Below the pieces are notes generated by a model. It saw only the letters and a program-made list of their open reading frames with translations. It searched no databases and was not told the origin of the DNA. A stretch of 57,492 nt of DNA, counting the filler, from Moniliella sp. 'wahieum' (taxonomy: Eukaryota): NCBI GenBank assembly GCA_003971905.1. It is 3 parts of 3 records of this genome, joined end to end, with 100 filler letters (N's around TTAATTAATTAA, not from the genome) between each part and the next. Parts side by side here need not be neighbours in the genome. Positions count along the whole stretch, not along the records: positions 1 to 14,249 come from RSEE01000214.1; positions 14,350 to 44,957 come from RSEE01000215.1; 1 more part is not named here. One strand, given 5' to 3'. A program made the position numbers and the translations under genes. The stretch's first letter is position 1; every line of letters starts with the position of its first letter. Below are positions 11,629-26,300 of the stretch, one piece after another.

Positions 11629-12901
11629 TTACCAGTTTGTGCTCGTCAAAGAACTTTTCCATACGTTGTAGATCAAGCTAGCACGCCGAGGCCAGGTGGG
11701 TTAGTACGTTGCACACAGAAACAAGCACAGAGAAGAGAAGCAAAGGCAAGAGAAAGAGAAAAAGAAACATACAAGATGATGGCACTGCTGGGCGCACTAC
11801 GAAGACAAGTGATGCCTGCGCCAGCATACAAGCCGCGAATCCCCTTGGTGCGATAAATCTTGCGGAAGGTCTGAGCAAAGCCCGAGGCCGGTTGGGGCGC
11901 AGCGCCCGGTCGGGACTTGGCCAGCTCCTGCTCCGTCTGGATCGTAGACTTGACACTATCCGCTGGGAAAGGATAAAGTTGTACGCCACCCCTGCCGACG
12001 CACCAGCGGCAATCAACTCGAGCGTCGATAGACCCGTCTTGGTCACCCTTTCAGACCCTGACCGAGCACGCTCGGGCGGCGCACGCACCAAGGTCGCCCA
12101 GAACAGCGGTGCGTACCCTTTGTTACGCCTGTGCGTCATCCAGCGCGTGACCGTCTCAAACGTCAAGAACCACGCCGACACACCGCCGGCTTCACGAAGA
12201 AACGTGCCTGTCTGACCGAGCCAGAGACCGCGGATGCCCTCGCTCCGCACGACAGCAGGGATCATCTGCAAAGGGCCTGGAACCTTCACGCCCGGCTGAC
12301 TGGCCGCGGCAATCATCTGTACTTGCATCCGACACTTGATCAGCTCGACGGGCGTCAGCACAAACGACGCTGCCGTACCGGCCCCAGCGGCAGATAGAGC
12401 CAGCTGCGCCAGACGGTTCCCCCGTATCGAGCTGGAGGAAAGAGAACGCTGACTGCAAAGCATTGTACGTGAAGAATACCGTCGCATTCTCCACTGTCGC
12501 CCCGCCACAGGCATGCTCAGACCGCGGTACAGCCCGCGCACACCTTCGGACCGGATGGTCTGGCGGAAACAGTCGAGCGCACCGCGGTACTGCGGGCCAT
12601 GCCCATGGCCAGTGGTTGCGCGGGCACAGCTTCGCTCGTTGGTCGCACCATGTCGGAGGACGGGCGGGCCGTCTTGGGTCTGGAGTCGCACCTTGACCAA
12701 ATCAAAGGGGTGCTCGAACAGCTTGCTCACCATGCCAGCGACGCTTCCGGCGATGATGTCGCGCGATGCGCGGCCGAGGTGCGCATCGGAGGGGGGATGT
12801 CCATGGGGATGGGGATGGGCTGGTGGTGGTGGTGGTGGTGGAGGAGACGGAGATGGGGTGGCAGCCCAAGTGGTGGAAAAGCGGGCGGCAATTCTTCGCA
12901 T
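11629..12901 (-). CDS. Mitochondrial carrier family (SLC25) protein, ornithine/amino-acid transporter ORT1-like, with a 3' intron (~11678-11772)
   Basis: Carrier signatures HPFDLVKVRLQ and TPVELIKCRMQ. Also YRGALDCFRQTIRSEGVRGLYRG, GQTGTFLREAGG and AGITCLRSAPSSAII. Intron gtatgt...tactaac...tag. Substrate is inferred from motif resemblance. Confidence 0.9.
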
Positions 12902-14249
12902 CCCGCCGGCTGGCCGTCGGCCTTCAACATTCAATATTCAATCTTCATTCAATCTTCAGTCCGACCGAGAAACGCAGGGCGCTTGAACTTGCAATCCAGC
13001 CTTGGCAGTTGAAAGTTGACATGTGACACGTGCCCGTCGGCCCGACTCGGCTCAGGACGATTGGAGGGAAGGTACAGGGAAAAACGCCACGCTGTCAGGC
13101 GTGCACTGCTACGCACTAGCAGCCGGTGGGGCTGCTTCGGATGTACTGGCTGTCTGCCCCGACGGATCGTGTTGGATATGCGTTGCTAGGGATATCACAT
13201 CGGCGCACAGACCAGCCTCGCGCCACAGCCCCCCAGGACGTGATATGTGGCGCCCCGCCCTCAATCACATTATTCACCGTCCAACACTCCCGCTCGTCGG
13301 GTCGCACAAAGCAACATTCCTTTTGGTCCCTGCGGCCAGCCGATGGCCACGGCCACCGAGACGGCGTAGACGTCGGATGCAACGCTGTGCCCGACACGCG
13401 AGGTGGCGGTGGGGCAGCAGGGGCAGCAGCAGCTTGCCACCGCCGACATTGTGCCTCCGCTCTTCGCTCCCCCCCTACCCGCCTGGATCTGGCCGGCTTG
13501 AATTGGCCGCGTGGAGGCTGGCGTGGATCGCGGACACGAGAAGACCCGCATGTGCATCTACCTCTCCCCCTCGCGCCTCCATCGGCCCCATCCCGACCGC
13601 CTTGACCTGCCGCGCGCACGACGGGCCCTTCCTCGTCCTCGTATTCGTCCTCAGAGGGATGCGCGACCCCGGGGTGCCCGTGTGATCTTGGGGACGCCGG
13701 ACGTCCTGTGTTGAAACGACGAGTACGAGTATCGACGGCATCTGGTGCACATCCAATGGCTGGCAGTGCGGGGCATTCTTGCAGCCGAATATAGCTGAAG
13801 CAACAAGAGTTGGAGGAGCTAGTAGGGCTCTCCAGTCTCCAGTAGCCCGCGTAGTGCCAGTGCGTGTCGCCCCATCTCCGTCCGAGCAAGGGCTGGAACT
13901 GGCGGGGCGCACAGCCGGCACCGGAGCACCGCCGCAAAAACGCTACAGGCACCCGTACAGCGGCCCACACCGCCGCCGTGCGCCCCCAGGCGGCCCCCAC
14001 CAGCCACTTGGCATGCCCAACGCGCGTTCGACGCGCACACCAGAATGGGGCGCATTTTTGGCACAGCCATAACAACCGCATATCCCGGTGGGCGAAGGGG
14101 TTATATACTTCCGCTCCGGTGCGCTTCCCAGCTGGCCCTTGAGCCTCTTTGCCCTCTCATCCGTCCTTTGCCCCCTCCTCAGTCCTTCGCACACATCTGC
14201 CCCCCATGCGCTTCTACCTTCTTGCCGCGGCTGCTCTGGCGTACGCACA

Positions 14250-14349
14250 NNNNNNNNNNNNNNNNNNNNNNNNNNNNNNNNNNNNNNNNNNNNTTAATTA
14301 ATTAANNNNNNNNNNNNNNNNNNNNNNNNNNNNNNNNNNNNNNNNNNNN
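14250..14349. other. Artificial contig linker (N44-TTAATTAATTAA-N44)
   Basis: Exactly 100 nt with an all-frame-stop 12-mer at 14294-14305. An identical linker lies at 44958-45057. Confidence 0.98.
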
Positions 14350-17300
14350 TAGAGGCTGCACGAAACAGATCTGGAATAGGTCGAGGTTTGAGCCCTGCAG
14401 GTCGAGTAGAGGGTGATTGTCCGGTCAGACTTTCCACGGATGGTACTCGGTCAGTATTGGTCGGATCGAGATCCGGACCGGTGCTATCGCTTCTCCTGAC
14501 CCAGCTCTACACACCAAGGTACTTCGATTCAGTCCAGGGGTCGGGGTTGAAGGGTGAGTGTTCACTCAACGATGTACGGTGACCGGTGATGCCTGTCACC
14601 CACGTCCCTCCTATGACAGGTACTAGATTCTACAAGGTGATCCTGGATCTGAATAGCCCCAGGTCATCTCCTGACTGGGACTATGCTGTGGGAAGTGGGG
14701 GCTGGAACGGATGAGACCCCAAGTTGGCATGGTCACATCCACCCTGGGTACTATCGGTAGGGCTACGCTAGGGTGCCCACGCGACGCAAGACCAGGCGTC
14801 AGATCGGAGTGAGAGTGGGATCGTTGGAAAGCTACGGCCTGGGGCTATTCAAAAAACAATCACTCCCCCGGTCTGCCAGTCAAAAGTGTCTCAACCCTGA
14901 ATGGGTGGGTGGGGCATGCCCTTGTAAGTATCAGGTCGTACCCCAGGTTCAACTCCACCTCGGTCCGTCAATATTGGTCCGACCGGAATGAAACTACCAG
15001 AGCCTCTAGACCTCGGTCAGGACTAGAGGCCTGCACGAAACAGATCTGGAATAGGTCGAGGTTTGAGCCCTGCAGGTCGAGTAGAGGGTGATGTCACCGG
15101 TCAGACTTTCACGGATGGTACTCGGTCAGTATTGGTCGGATCGAGATCCGACCGGTGCTATCGCTTCTCTCTGACCCAGCCTACACACCAAGGACTTCGA
15201 TTCAGTCCAGGGGTCGGGTTGAAGGGTGATGTTCACTCAACGATGTACGGTGACCGGTGATGCCTGTCACCACGTCCCTCCTATGACAGGTACTAGATTC
15301 TACAAGGTGATCCTGGATCTGAATAGCCCCAGTCATCTCCTGGACTGGACTACTGCTGTGGGAAGTGGGGGCTGGAACGGATGAGACCCCAAGTTGGCAT
15401 GGTCACATCCACCCTGGGTACTATCGGTAGGGCTACGCTAGGGTGCCCACGCGACGCAAGACCAGCTCGTCAGTCGGAGTGAGAGTGGGATCGTTGGAAA
15501 GCTACGGCCTGGGGCTATTCAAAAAAACTCACTCCCCGGTCTGCCAGTCAAAAGTTGTCTCAACCCTGAATGGGTGGGGTGGGCATGCCCTTGTAAGTAT
15601 CAGGTCGTACCCCAGGTTCAACTCCACTCGGTCCGTCAATATTGGTCCGACCGAATGAAACTACCAGAGCCTCTAGACCTCGGTCAGGACTAGAGGCTGC
15701 ACGAAACAGATCTGGAATGGTCGAGGTTTGAGCCCTGCAGGTCGGTAGAGGGTGATGTCACCGGTCAGACTTCCACGGATGGTACTCGGTCAGTATTGGT
15801 CGGATCGAGATCCGGACCGGTGCTATCGCTCTCTGACCCAGCTCTACACACCAAGGTACTTCGATTCAGTCCAGGGGTCGGGGTTGAAGGGTGATGTTCA
15901 CTCAACGATGTACGGTGACCGGTGATGCCTGTCACCCACGTCCCCCTATGACAGTACTAGATTCTACAAGGTGATCCTGGATCTGAATAGCCCCAGGTCA
16001 TCTCCTGGACTGGGACTATGCTGTGGGAAGTGGGGGCTGGAACGGATGAGACCCCAAGTTGCATGGTCAATCCACCTGGGTACTATCGGTAGGGCTACGC
16101 TAGGGTGCCCACGCGACGCAAGACCAGGCGTCAGATCGGAGTGAGAGTGGGATCGTTGGAAAGCTACGGCCTTGGGCTATTCAAAAAAACTCACTCCCCG
16201 GTCTGCCAGTCAAAGTTGTCTCAACCCTGAATGGGGTGGGTGGGCATGCCCTTGTAAGTATCAGGTCGTACCCCAGGTTCAACTCCACCTCGGTCCGTCA
16301 ATATTGGTCCGACCGGAATGAAACTACCAGAGCCTCTAGACCTCGTCAGGACTAGAGGCTGCACGAAACAGATCTGGAATAGGTCGAGGTTTGAGCCCTG
16401 CAGGTCGAGTGAGAGGGTGATGTCACCGGTCAGACTTTCCACGGATGGTACTCGGTCAGATTGGTCGGATCGAGATCCGGACCGGTGCTATCGCTTCTCC
16501 TGACCCAGCTCTACACACCAAGGTACTTCGATTCAGTCCAGGGGTCGGGGTTGAAGGGTGATGTTCACTCAACGATGTACGGTGACCGGTGATGCCTGTC
16601 CCACGTCCCTCCTATGACAGGTACTAGATTCTACAAGTGATCCTGGATCTGAATAGCCCCAGGTCATCTCCTGGACTGGGACTACTGCTGTGGGAAGTGG
16701 GGGCTGGAACGGATGAGACCCCAAGTTGGCATGGTCACATCCACCCGGGTACTATCGGTAGGGCTACGCTAGGGTGCCCACGCGACGCAAGACCAGGGTC
16801 AGATCGGAGTGAGAGTGGGATCGTTGGAAAGCTACGGCCTGGGGCTATTCAAAAAACTCACTCCCCGGTCTGCCAGTCAAAGTTGTCTCAACCCTGAATG
16901 GGGGGGTGGGCATGCCCTTGTAAGTATCAGGTCGTACCCCAGGTTCAACTCCACCTCGGTCGTCAATATTGGTCCGACCGGAATGAAACTACCAGAGCCT
17001 CTAGACCTCGGTCAGGACTGAGGCTGCACGAAACAGATCGGAATAGGTCGAGGTTGAGCCTGCAGGTCGAGTAGAGGGTGATGTCACGGTCAGACTTCCA
17101 CGGATGGTACTCGGTCAGATTGGTCGGATCGAGATCCGGACCGGTGCTATCGCTTCTCCTGACCCAGCTCTACACACCAAGGTACTTCGATTCAGTCCAG
17201 GGGTCGGGGTTGAAGGGTGATGTTCACTCAACGATGTACGGTGACCGGTGATGCCTGTCACCCACGTCCCTCCTATGACAGGTACTAGATTCTACAGGTG

Positions 17301-20300
17301 ATCCTGGATCTGAATAGCCCCAGGTCATCTCCTGGACTGGGACTACTGCTGTGGGAAGTGGGGGCTGGAACGATGAGACCCCAAGTTGGCATGGTCACAT
17401 CCACCCTGGGTACTATCGGTAGGGCTACGCTAGGGTGCCCACGCGACGCAAGACCAGGCGTCAGATCGGGTGAGAGTGGGATCGTTGGAAAGCTACGGCT
17501 GGGGCTATTCAAAAAAACTCACTCCCCGGTCTGCCAGTCAAAAGTTGTCTCAACCCTGAATGGTGGGGTGGCATGCCCTTGTAAGTATCAGGTCGTACCC
17601 CAGGTTCAACTCCACCTCGGTCCGTCAATATTGGTCCGACCGGAATGAAACTACCAGAGCCTCTAGACCTCGGTCAGGACTAGAGGCTGCACGAAACAGA
17701 TCTGGAATAGGTCGAGTTTGAGCCCTGCAGGTCGAGTAGAGGGTGATGTCACCGGTCAGACTTTCCACGGATGGTACTCGGTCAGTATTGGTCGGATCGA
17801 GATCCGGACCGGTGCTATCGCTTCTCCTGACCCAGCTCTACACACCAAGGTACTTCGATTCAGTCCAGGGGTGGGGTTGAAGGGTGATGTTCACTCAACG
17901 ATGTACGGTGACCGGTGATGCCTGTCACCCACGTCCCTCCTATGACAGGTACTAGATTCTACAAGGTGATCTGGATCTGAATAGCCCCAGGTCATCTCCT
18001 GGACTGGGACTACTGCTGTGGGAAGTGGGGGCTGGAACGGATGAGACCCCAAGTTGGCATGGTCACATCCACCCTGGGTACTATCGGTAGGGCTACGCTA
18101 GGGTGCCCACGCGACGCAAGACCAGGCGTCAGATCGGAGTGAGAGTGGGATCGTGGAAAGCTACGGCCTGGGGCTATTCAAAAAAACTCACTCCCCCGGT
18201 CTGCCAGTCAAAGTTGTCTCAACCCTGAATGGGTGGGGTGGGCATGCCCTTGTAAGTATCAGGTCGTACCCCAGGTTCAACTCCACCTCGGTCCGTCAAT
18301 ATTGGTCCGACCGGAATGAAACTACCAGAGCCTCTAGACCTCGGTCAGGACTAGAGGCTGCACGAAACAGATCTGGAATAGGTCGAGGTTTGAGCCCTGC
18401 AGGTCGAGTAGAGGGTGATGTCACCGGTCAGACTTTCCACGGATGGTACTCGGTCAGTATTGGTCGGATCGAGATCCGGACCGGTGCTATCGCTTCTCCT
18501 GACCCAGCTCTACACACCAAGGTACTTCGATTCAGTCCAGGGGTCGGGGTTGAAGGGTGATGTTCACTCAACGATGTACGGTGACCGGTGATGCCTGTCA
18601 CCCACGTCCCTCCTATGACAGGTACTAGATTCTACAAGGTGATCCTGGATCTGAATAGCCCCAGGTCATCTCCTGGACTGGGACTACTGCTGTGGGAAGT
18701 GGGGGGCTGGAACGGATGAGACCCCAAGTTGGCATGGTCACATCCACCCTGGGTACTATCGGTAGGGCTACGCTAGGGTGCCCACGCGACGCAAGACCAG
18801 GCGTCAGATCGGAGTGAGAGTGGGATCGTTGGAAAGCTACGGCCTGGGGCTATTCAAAAAAAACTCACTCCCCCGGTCTGCCAGTCAAAAGTTGTCTCAA
18901 CCCTGAAGGGGGGGTGGGCATGCCTTGTAAGTATCAGGTCGTACCCCAGGTTCAACTCCACCTCGGTCCGTCAATATTGGTCGACGGAATGAAACTACCA
19001 GAGCCTCTAGACCTCGGTCAGGACTAGAGGCTGCACGAAACAGATCTGGAATAGGTCGAGGTTTGAGCCCTGCAGGTCGAGTAGGGTGTGATGTCACGTC
19101 AGACTTTCCACGGATGGTACTCGGTCAGTATTGGTCGGATCGAGATCCGGACCGGTGCTATCGCTTCTCCTGACCCAGCTCTACAACCAAGGTACTTCGA
19201 TTCAGTCCAGGGGTCGGGGTGAAGGGTGTTCACTCAACGATGTACGGTGACCGGTGATGCCTGTCACCCACGTCCCTCCTATGACAGGTACTAGATTCTA
19301 CAAGGTGATCCTGGATCTGAATAGCCCCAGGTCATCTCCTGGACTGGGACTACTGCTGTGGGAAGTGGGGGCTGGAACGGATGAGACCCCAAGTTGGCAT
19401 GGTCACATCCACCCTGGGTACTATCGGTAGGGCTACGCTAGGGTGCCCACGCGACGCAAGACCAGGCGTCAGATCGGAGTGAGAGTGGGATCGTTGGAAA
19501 GCTACGGCCTGGGGCTATTCAAAAAAACTCACTCCCCCGGTCTGCCAGTCAAAAGTTGTCTCAAACCCTGAATGGGGGGTGGGCATGCCCTTGTAAGTAT
19601 CAGGTCGTACCCCAGGTTCAACTCCACTCGGTCCGTCAATATTGGTCCGACCGGAATGAAACTACCAGAGCTCTAGACCTCGGTCAGGACTAGAGGCTGC
19701 ACGAAACAGATCTGGAATAGGTCGAGGTTTGAGCCCTGCAGGTCGAGTAGAGGGTGATGTCACCGGTCAGACTTTCCACGGATGGTACTCGGTCAGTATT
19801 GGTCGGATCGAGATCCGGACCGGTGCTATCGCTTCTCCTGACCCAGCTCTACACACCAAGGTACTTCGATTCAGTCCAGGGTCGGGGTTGAAGGGTGATG
19901 TTCACTCAACGATGTACGGTGACCGGTGATGCCTGTCACCCACGTCCCTCTATGACAGGTACTAGATTCTACAAGGTGATCCTGGATCTGAATAGCCCCA
20001 GGTCATCTCCTGGACTGGGACTACTGCTGTGGGAAGTGGGGCTGGAACGGATGAGACCCCAAGTTGGCATGGTCACATCCACCCTGGGTACTATCGGTAG
20101 GGCTACGCTAGGGTGCCCACGCGACGCAAGACCAGGCGTCAGATCGGAGTGAGAGTGGGATCGTTGGAAAGCTACGGCTGGGGCTATTCAAAAAAACTCA
20201 CTCCCCCGGTCTGCCAGTCAAAAGTTGTCTCAACCCTGAATGGGGGGGTGGGCATGCCCTTGTAAGTATCAGGTCGTACCCAGGTTCAACTCCACCTCGG

Positions 20301-23300
20301 TCGTCAATATTGGTCCGACCGGAATGAAACTACCAGAGCCTCTAGACCTCGGTCAGGACTAGAGGCTGCACGAAACAGATCTGGAATAGGTCGAGGTTTG
20401 AGCCCTGCAGGTCGAGTAGAGGGTGATGTCACCGGTCAGACTTTCCACGGATGGTACTCGGTCAGTATTGGTCGGATCGAGATCCGGACCGGTGCTATCG
20501 CTTCTCCTGACCCAGCTCTACACACCAAGGTACTTCGATTCAGTCCAGGGGTCGGGGTTGAAGGGTGATGTTCACTCAACGATGTACGGTGACCGGTGAT
20601 GCCTGTCACCCACGTCCCTCCTATGACAGGTACTAGATTCTACAAGGTGATCCTGGATCTGAATAGCCCCAGGTCATCTCCTGGACTGGGACTACTGCTG
20701 TGGGAAGTGGGGGCTGGAACGGATGAGACCCCAAGTTGGCATGGTCACATCCACCCTGGGTACTATCGGTAGGGCTACGCTAGGGTGCCCACGCGACGCA
20801 AGACCAGGCGTCAGATCGGAGTGAGAGTGGGATCGTTGGAAAGCTACGGCCTGGGGCTATTCAAAAAAACTCACTCCCCGGTCTGCCAGTCAAAAGTTGT
20901 CTCAACCCTGAATGGGTGGGGTGGGCATGCCCTTGTAAGTATCAGGTCGTACCCAGGTTCAACTCCACCTCGGTCCGTCAATATTGGTCCGACCGGAATG
21001 AAACTACCAGAGCCTCTAGACCTCGGTCAGGACTAGAGGCTGCACGAAACAGATCTGGAATAGGTCGAGGTTTGAGCCCTGCAGGTCGAGTAGAGGGTGA
21101 TGTCACCGGTCAGACTTTCCACGGATGGTACTCGGTCAGATTGGTCGGATCGAGATCCGGACCGGTGCTATCGCTTCTCCTGACCCAGCTCTACACACCA
21201 AGGTACTTCGATTCAGTCCAGGGGTCGGGGTTGAAGGGTGATGTTCACTCAACGATGTACGGTGACGGTGATGCCTGTCACCCACGTCCCTCCTATGACA
21301 GGTACTAGATTCTACAAGGTGATCCTGGATCTGAATAGCCCCAGGTCATCTCCTGGACTGGGACTACTGCTGTGGGAAGTGGGGGGGTGGAACGGATGAG
21401 ACCCCAAGTTGGCATGGTCACATCCACCCTGGTACTATCGGTAGGGCTACGCTAGGGTGCCCACGCGACGCAAGACCAGGCGTCAGATCGGAGTGAGAGT
21501 GGGATCGTTGGAAAGCTACGGCCTGGGGCTATTCAAAAAAACTCACTCCCCGGTCTGCCAGTCAAAAGTTGTCTCAACCCTGAATGGGTGGGGTGGGCAT
21601 GCCCTTGTAAGTATCAGGTCGTACCCAGGTTCAACTCCACCTCGGTCCGTCAATATTGGTCCGACCGGAATGAAACTACCAGAGCCTCTAGACCTCGGTC
21701 AGGACTAGAGGCTGCACGAAACAGATCTGGAATAGGTCGAGGTTTGAGCCCTGCAGGTCGAGTAGAGGGTGATGTCACCGGTCAGACTTTCCACGGATGG
21801 TACTCGGTCAGTATTGGTCGGATCGAGATCCGGACCGGTGCTATCGCTTCTCCTGACCCAGCTCTACACACCAAGGTACTTCGATTCAGTCCAGGGGTCG
21901 GGTTGAAGGGTGATGTTCACTCAACGATGTACGGTGACCGGTGATGCCTGTCACCCACGTCCCTCCTATGACAGGTACTAGATTCTACAAGGTGATCCTG
22001 GATCTGAATAGCCCCGGTCATCTCCTGGACTGGGACTACTGCTGTGGGAAGTGGGGGCTGGAACGGATGAGACCCCAAGTTGGCATGGTCACATCCACCC
22101 TGGGTACTATCGGTAGGGCTACGCTAGGGTGCCCACGCGACGCAAGACCAGGCGTCAGATCGGAGTGAGAGTGGGATCGTTGGAAAGCTACGGCCTGGGG
22201 CTATTCAAAAAAACTCACTCCCCGGTCTGCCAGTCAAAAGTTGTCTCAACCCTGAATGGGTGGGGTGGGCATGCCCTTGTAAGTATCAGGTCGTACCCCA
22301 GGTTCAACTCCACCTCGGTCCGTCAATATTGGTCCGACCGGAATGAAACTACCAGAGCCTCTAGACCTCGGTCAGGACTAGAGGCTGCACGAAACAGATC
22401 TGGAATAGGTCGAGGTTGAGCCCTGCAGGTCGAGTAGAGGGTGATGTCACCGGTCAGACTTTCCACGGATGGTACTCGGTCAGTATTGGTCGGATCGAGA
22501 TCCGGACCGGTGCTATCGCTTCTCCTGACCCAGCTCTACACACCAAGGTACTTCGATTCAGTCCAGGGGTCGGGGTTGAAGGGTGATGTTCACTCAACGA
22601 TGTACGGTGACCGGTGATGCCTGTCACCCACGTCCCTCCTATGACAGGTACTAGATTCTACAAGGTGATCCTGGATCTGAATAGCCCCAGGTCATCTCCT
22701 GGACTGGGACTACTGCTGTGGGAAGTGGGGGCTGGAACGGATGAGACCCAAGTTGGCATGGTCACATCCACCCTGGGTACTATCGGTAGGGCTACGCTAG
22801 GGTGCCCACGCGACGCAAGACAGGCGTCAGATCGGAGTGAGAGTGGGATCGTTGGAAAGCTACGGCCTGGGGCTATTCAAAAAAACTCACTCCCCCGGTC
22901 TGCCAGTCAAAAGTTGTCTCAACCCTGAATGGGTGGGGTGGGCATGCCCTTGTAAGTATCAGGTCGTACCCCAGGTTCAACTCACCTCGGTCCGTCAATA
23001 TTGGTCCGACCGGAATGAAACTACCAGAGCCTCTAGACCTCGGTCAGGACTAGAGGCTGCACGAAACAGATCTGGAATAGGTCGAGGTTTGAGCCCTGCA
23101 GGTCGAGTAGAGGGTGATGTCACCGGTCAGACTTTCCACGGATGGTACTCGGTCAGTATTGGTCGGATCGAGATCCGGACCGGTGCTATCGCTTCTCCTG
23201 ACCCAGCTCTACACACCAAGGTACTTCGATTCAGTCCAGGGTCGGGGTGGGTTGAAGGGTGATGTTCACTCAACGATGTACGGTGACCGGTGATGCCTGT

Positions 23301-26300
23301 CACCCACGTCCCTCCTATGACAGGTACTAGATTCTACAAGGTGATCCTGGATCTGAATAGCCCCAGGTCATCTCCTGGACTGGGACTACTGCTGTGGGAA
23401 GTGGGGGCTGGAACGGATGAGACCCCAAGTTGGCATGGTCACATCCACCCTGGGTACTATCGGTAGGGCTACGCTAGGGTGCCCACGCGACGCAAGACCA
23501 GGCGTCAGATCGGAGTGAGAGTGGGATCGTTGGAAAGCTACGGCCTGGGCTATTCAAAAAAACTCACTCCCCGGTCTGCCAGTCAAAAGTTGTCTCAACC
23601 CTGAATGGGTGGGTGGGCATGCCCTTGTAAGTATCAGGTCGTACCCCAGGTTCAACTCCACCTCGGTCCGTCAATATTGGTCCGACCGGAATGAAACTAC
23701 CAGAGCCTCTAGACCTCGGTCAGGACTAGAGGCTGCACGAAACAGATCTGGAATAGGTCGAGGTTTGAGCCCTGCAGGTCGAGTAGAGGGTGATGTCACC
23801 GGTCAGACTTTCCACGGATGGTACTCGGTCAGTATTGGTCGGATCGAGATCCGGACCGGTGCTATCGCTTCTCCTGACCCAGCTCTACACACCAAGGTAC
23901 TTCGATTCAGTCCAGGGGTCGGGGTTGAAGGGTGATGTTCACTCAACGATGTACGGTGACCGGTGATGCCTGTCACCCACGTCCCTCCTATGACAGGTAC
24001 TAGATTCTACAAGGTGATCCTGGATCTGAATAGCCCCAGGTCATCTCCTGGACTGGGACTACTGCTGTGGGAAGTGGGGGCTGGAACGGATGAGACCCCA
24101 AGTTGGCATGGTCACATCCACCCTGGGTACTATCGGTAGGGCTACGCTAGGGTGCCCACGCGACGCAAGACCAGGCGTCAGATCGGAGTGAGAGTGGGAT
24201 CGTTGGAAAGCTACGGCCTGGGGCTATTCAAAAAAACTCACTCCCCGGTCTGCCAGTCAAAAGTTGTCTCAACCCTGAATGGGTGGGGTGGGCATGCCCT
24301 TGTAAGTATCAGGTCGTACCCCAGGTTCAACTCCACCTCGGTCCGTCAATATTGGTCCGACCGGAATGAAACTACCAGAGCCTCTAGACCTCGGTCAGGA
24401 CTAGAGGCTGCACGAAACAGATCTGGAATAGGTCGAGGTTTGAGCCTGCAGGTCGAGTAGAGGGTGATGTCACCGGTCAGACTTTCCACGGATGGTACTC
24501 GGTCAGTATTGGTCGGATCGAGATCCGGACCGGTGCTATCGCTTCTCCTGACCCAGCTCTACACCAAGGTACTTCGATTCAGTCCAGGGGTCGGGGTTGA
24601 AGGGTGATGTTCACTCAACGATGTACGGTGACCGGGTGATGCCTGTCACCCACGTCCCTCCTATGACAGGTACTAGATTCTACAAGGTGATCCTGGATCT
24701 GAATAGCCCCAGGTCATCTCCTGGACTGGGACTACTGCTGTGGGAAGTGGGGGCTGGAACGGATGAGACCCCAAGTTGGCATGGTCACATCCACCCTGGG
24801 TACTATCGGTAGGGCTACGCTAGGGTGCCCACGCGACGCAAGACCAGGCGTCAGATCGGAGTGAGAGTGGGATCGTTGGAAAGCTACGGCCTGGGGCTAT
24901 TCAAAAAAACTCACTCCCCCGGTCTGCCAGTCAAAAGTTGTCTCAACCTGAATGGGTGGGGTGGGCATGCCCTTGTAAGTATCAGGTCGTACCCCAGGTT
25001 CAACTCCACCTCGGTCCGTCAATATTGGTCCGACCGGAATGAAACTACCAGAGCCTCTAGACCTCGGTCAGGACTAGAGGCTGCACGAAACAGATCTGGA
25101 ATAGGTCGAGGTTTGAGCCCTGCAGGTCGAGTAGAGGGTGATGTCACCGGTCAGACTTTCCACGGATGGTACTCGGTCAGTATTGGTCGGATCGAGATCC
25201 GGACCGGTGCTATCGCTTCTCCTGACCCAGCTCTACACACCAAGGTACTTCGATTCAGTCCAGGGGTCGGGGTTGAAGGGTGATGTTCACTCAACGATGT
25301 ACGGTGACCGGTGATGCCTGTCACCCACGTCCCTCCTATGACAGGTACTAGATTCTACAAGGTGATCCTGGATCTGAATAGCCCCAGGTCATCTCCTGGA
25401 CTGGGACTACTGCTGTGGGAAGTGGGGGCTGGAACGGATGAGACCCCAAGTTGGCATGGTCACATCCACCCTGGGTACTATCGGTAGGGCTACGCTAGGG
25501 TGCCCACGCGACGCAAGACCAGGCGTCAGATCGGAGTGAGAGTGGGATCGTTGGAAAGCTACGGCCTGGGGCTATTCAAAAAAACTCACTCCCCCGGTCT
25601 GCCAGTCAAAAGTTGTCTCAACCCTGAATGGGGGGGTGGGCATGCCCTTGTAAGTATCAGGTCGTACCCCAGGTTCAACTCCACCTCGGTCCGTCAATAT
25701 TGGTCCGACCGGAATGAAACTACCAGAGCCTCTAGACCTCGGTCAGGACTAGAGGCTGCACGAAACAGATCTGGAATAGGTCGAGGTTTGAGCCCTGCAG
25801 GTCGAGTAGAGGGTGATGTCACCGGTCAGACTTTCCACGGATGGTACTCGGTCAGTATTGGTCGGATCGAGATCCGGACCGGTGCTATCGCTTCTCCTGA
25901 CCCAGCTCTACACACCAAGGTACTTCGATTCAGTCCAGGGGTCGGGGTTGAAGGGTGATGTTCACTCAACGATGTACGGTGACCGGTGATGCCTGTCACC
26001 CACGTCCCTCCTATGACAGGTACTAGATTCTACAAGGTGATCCTGGATCTGAATAGCCCCAGGTCATCTCCTGGACTGGGACTACTGCTGTGGGAAGTGG
26101 GGGCTGGAACGGATGAGACCCCAAGTTGGCATGGTCACATCCACCCTGGGTACTATCGGTAGGGCTACGCTAGGGTGCCCACGCGACGCAAGACCAGGCG
26201 TCAGATCGGAGTGAGAGTGGGATCGTTGGAAAGCTACGGCCTGGGGCTATTCAAAAAACTCACTCCCCCGGTCTGCCAGTCAAAAGTTGTCTCAACCCTG

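Noticed and set aside
2121..12901. TUF1, RAD4, PSF1 and the carrier (also the Sec7 gene and BPL1) as pseudogenes or programmed frameshift genes
   Set aside because: Single-base indels affect all genes, including normally essential ones, while amino-acid motifs stay intact. The same indel pattern appears in the array, so long-read consensus error is the simplest explanation.
13023..14249. Long overlapping ORFs (for example 13116-14081, minus strand) at the end of contig 1
   Set aside because: GC-rich sequence is open in several frames and shows no recognisable motif. A gene may be present but I cannot support one.
14250..14349. TTAATTAATTAA inside N runs as a biological site or target duplication flanking the array
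   Set aside because: The same symmetric 100-nt construct occurs at both joins. It is a contig-concatenation linker with stops in all frames.
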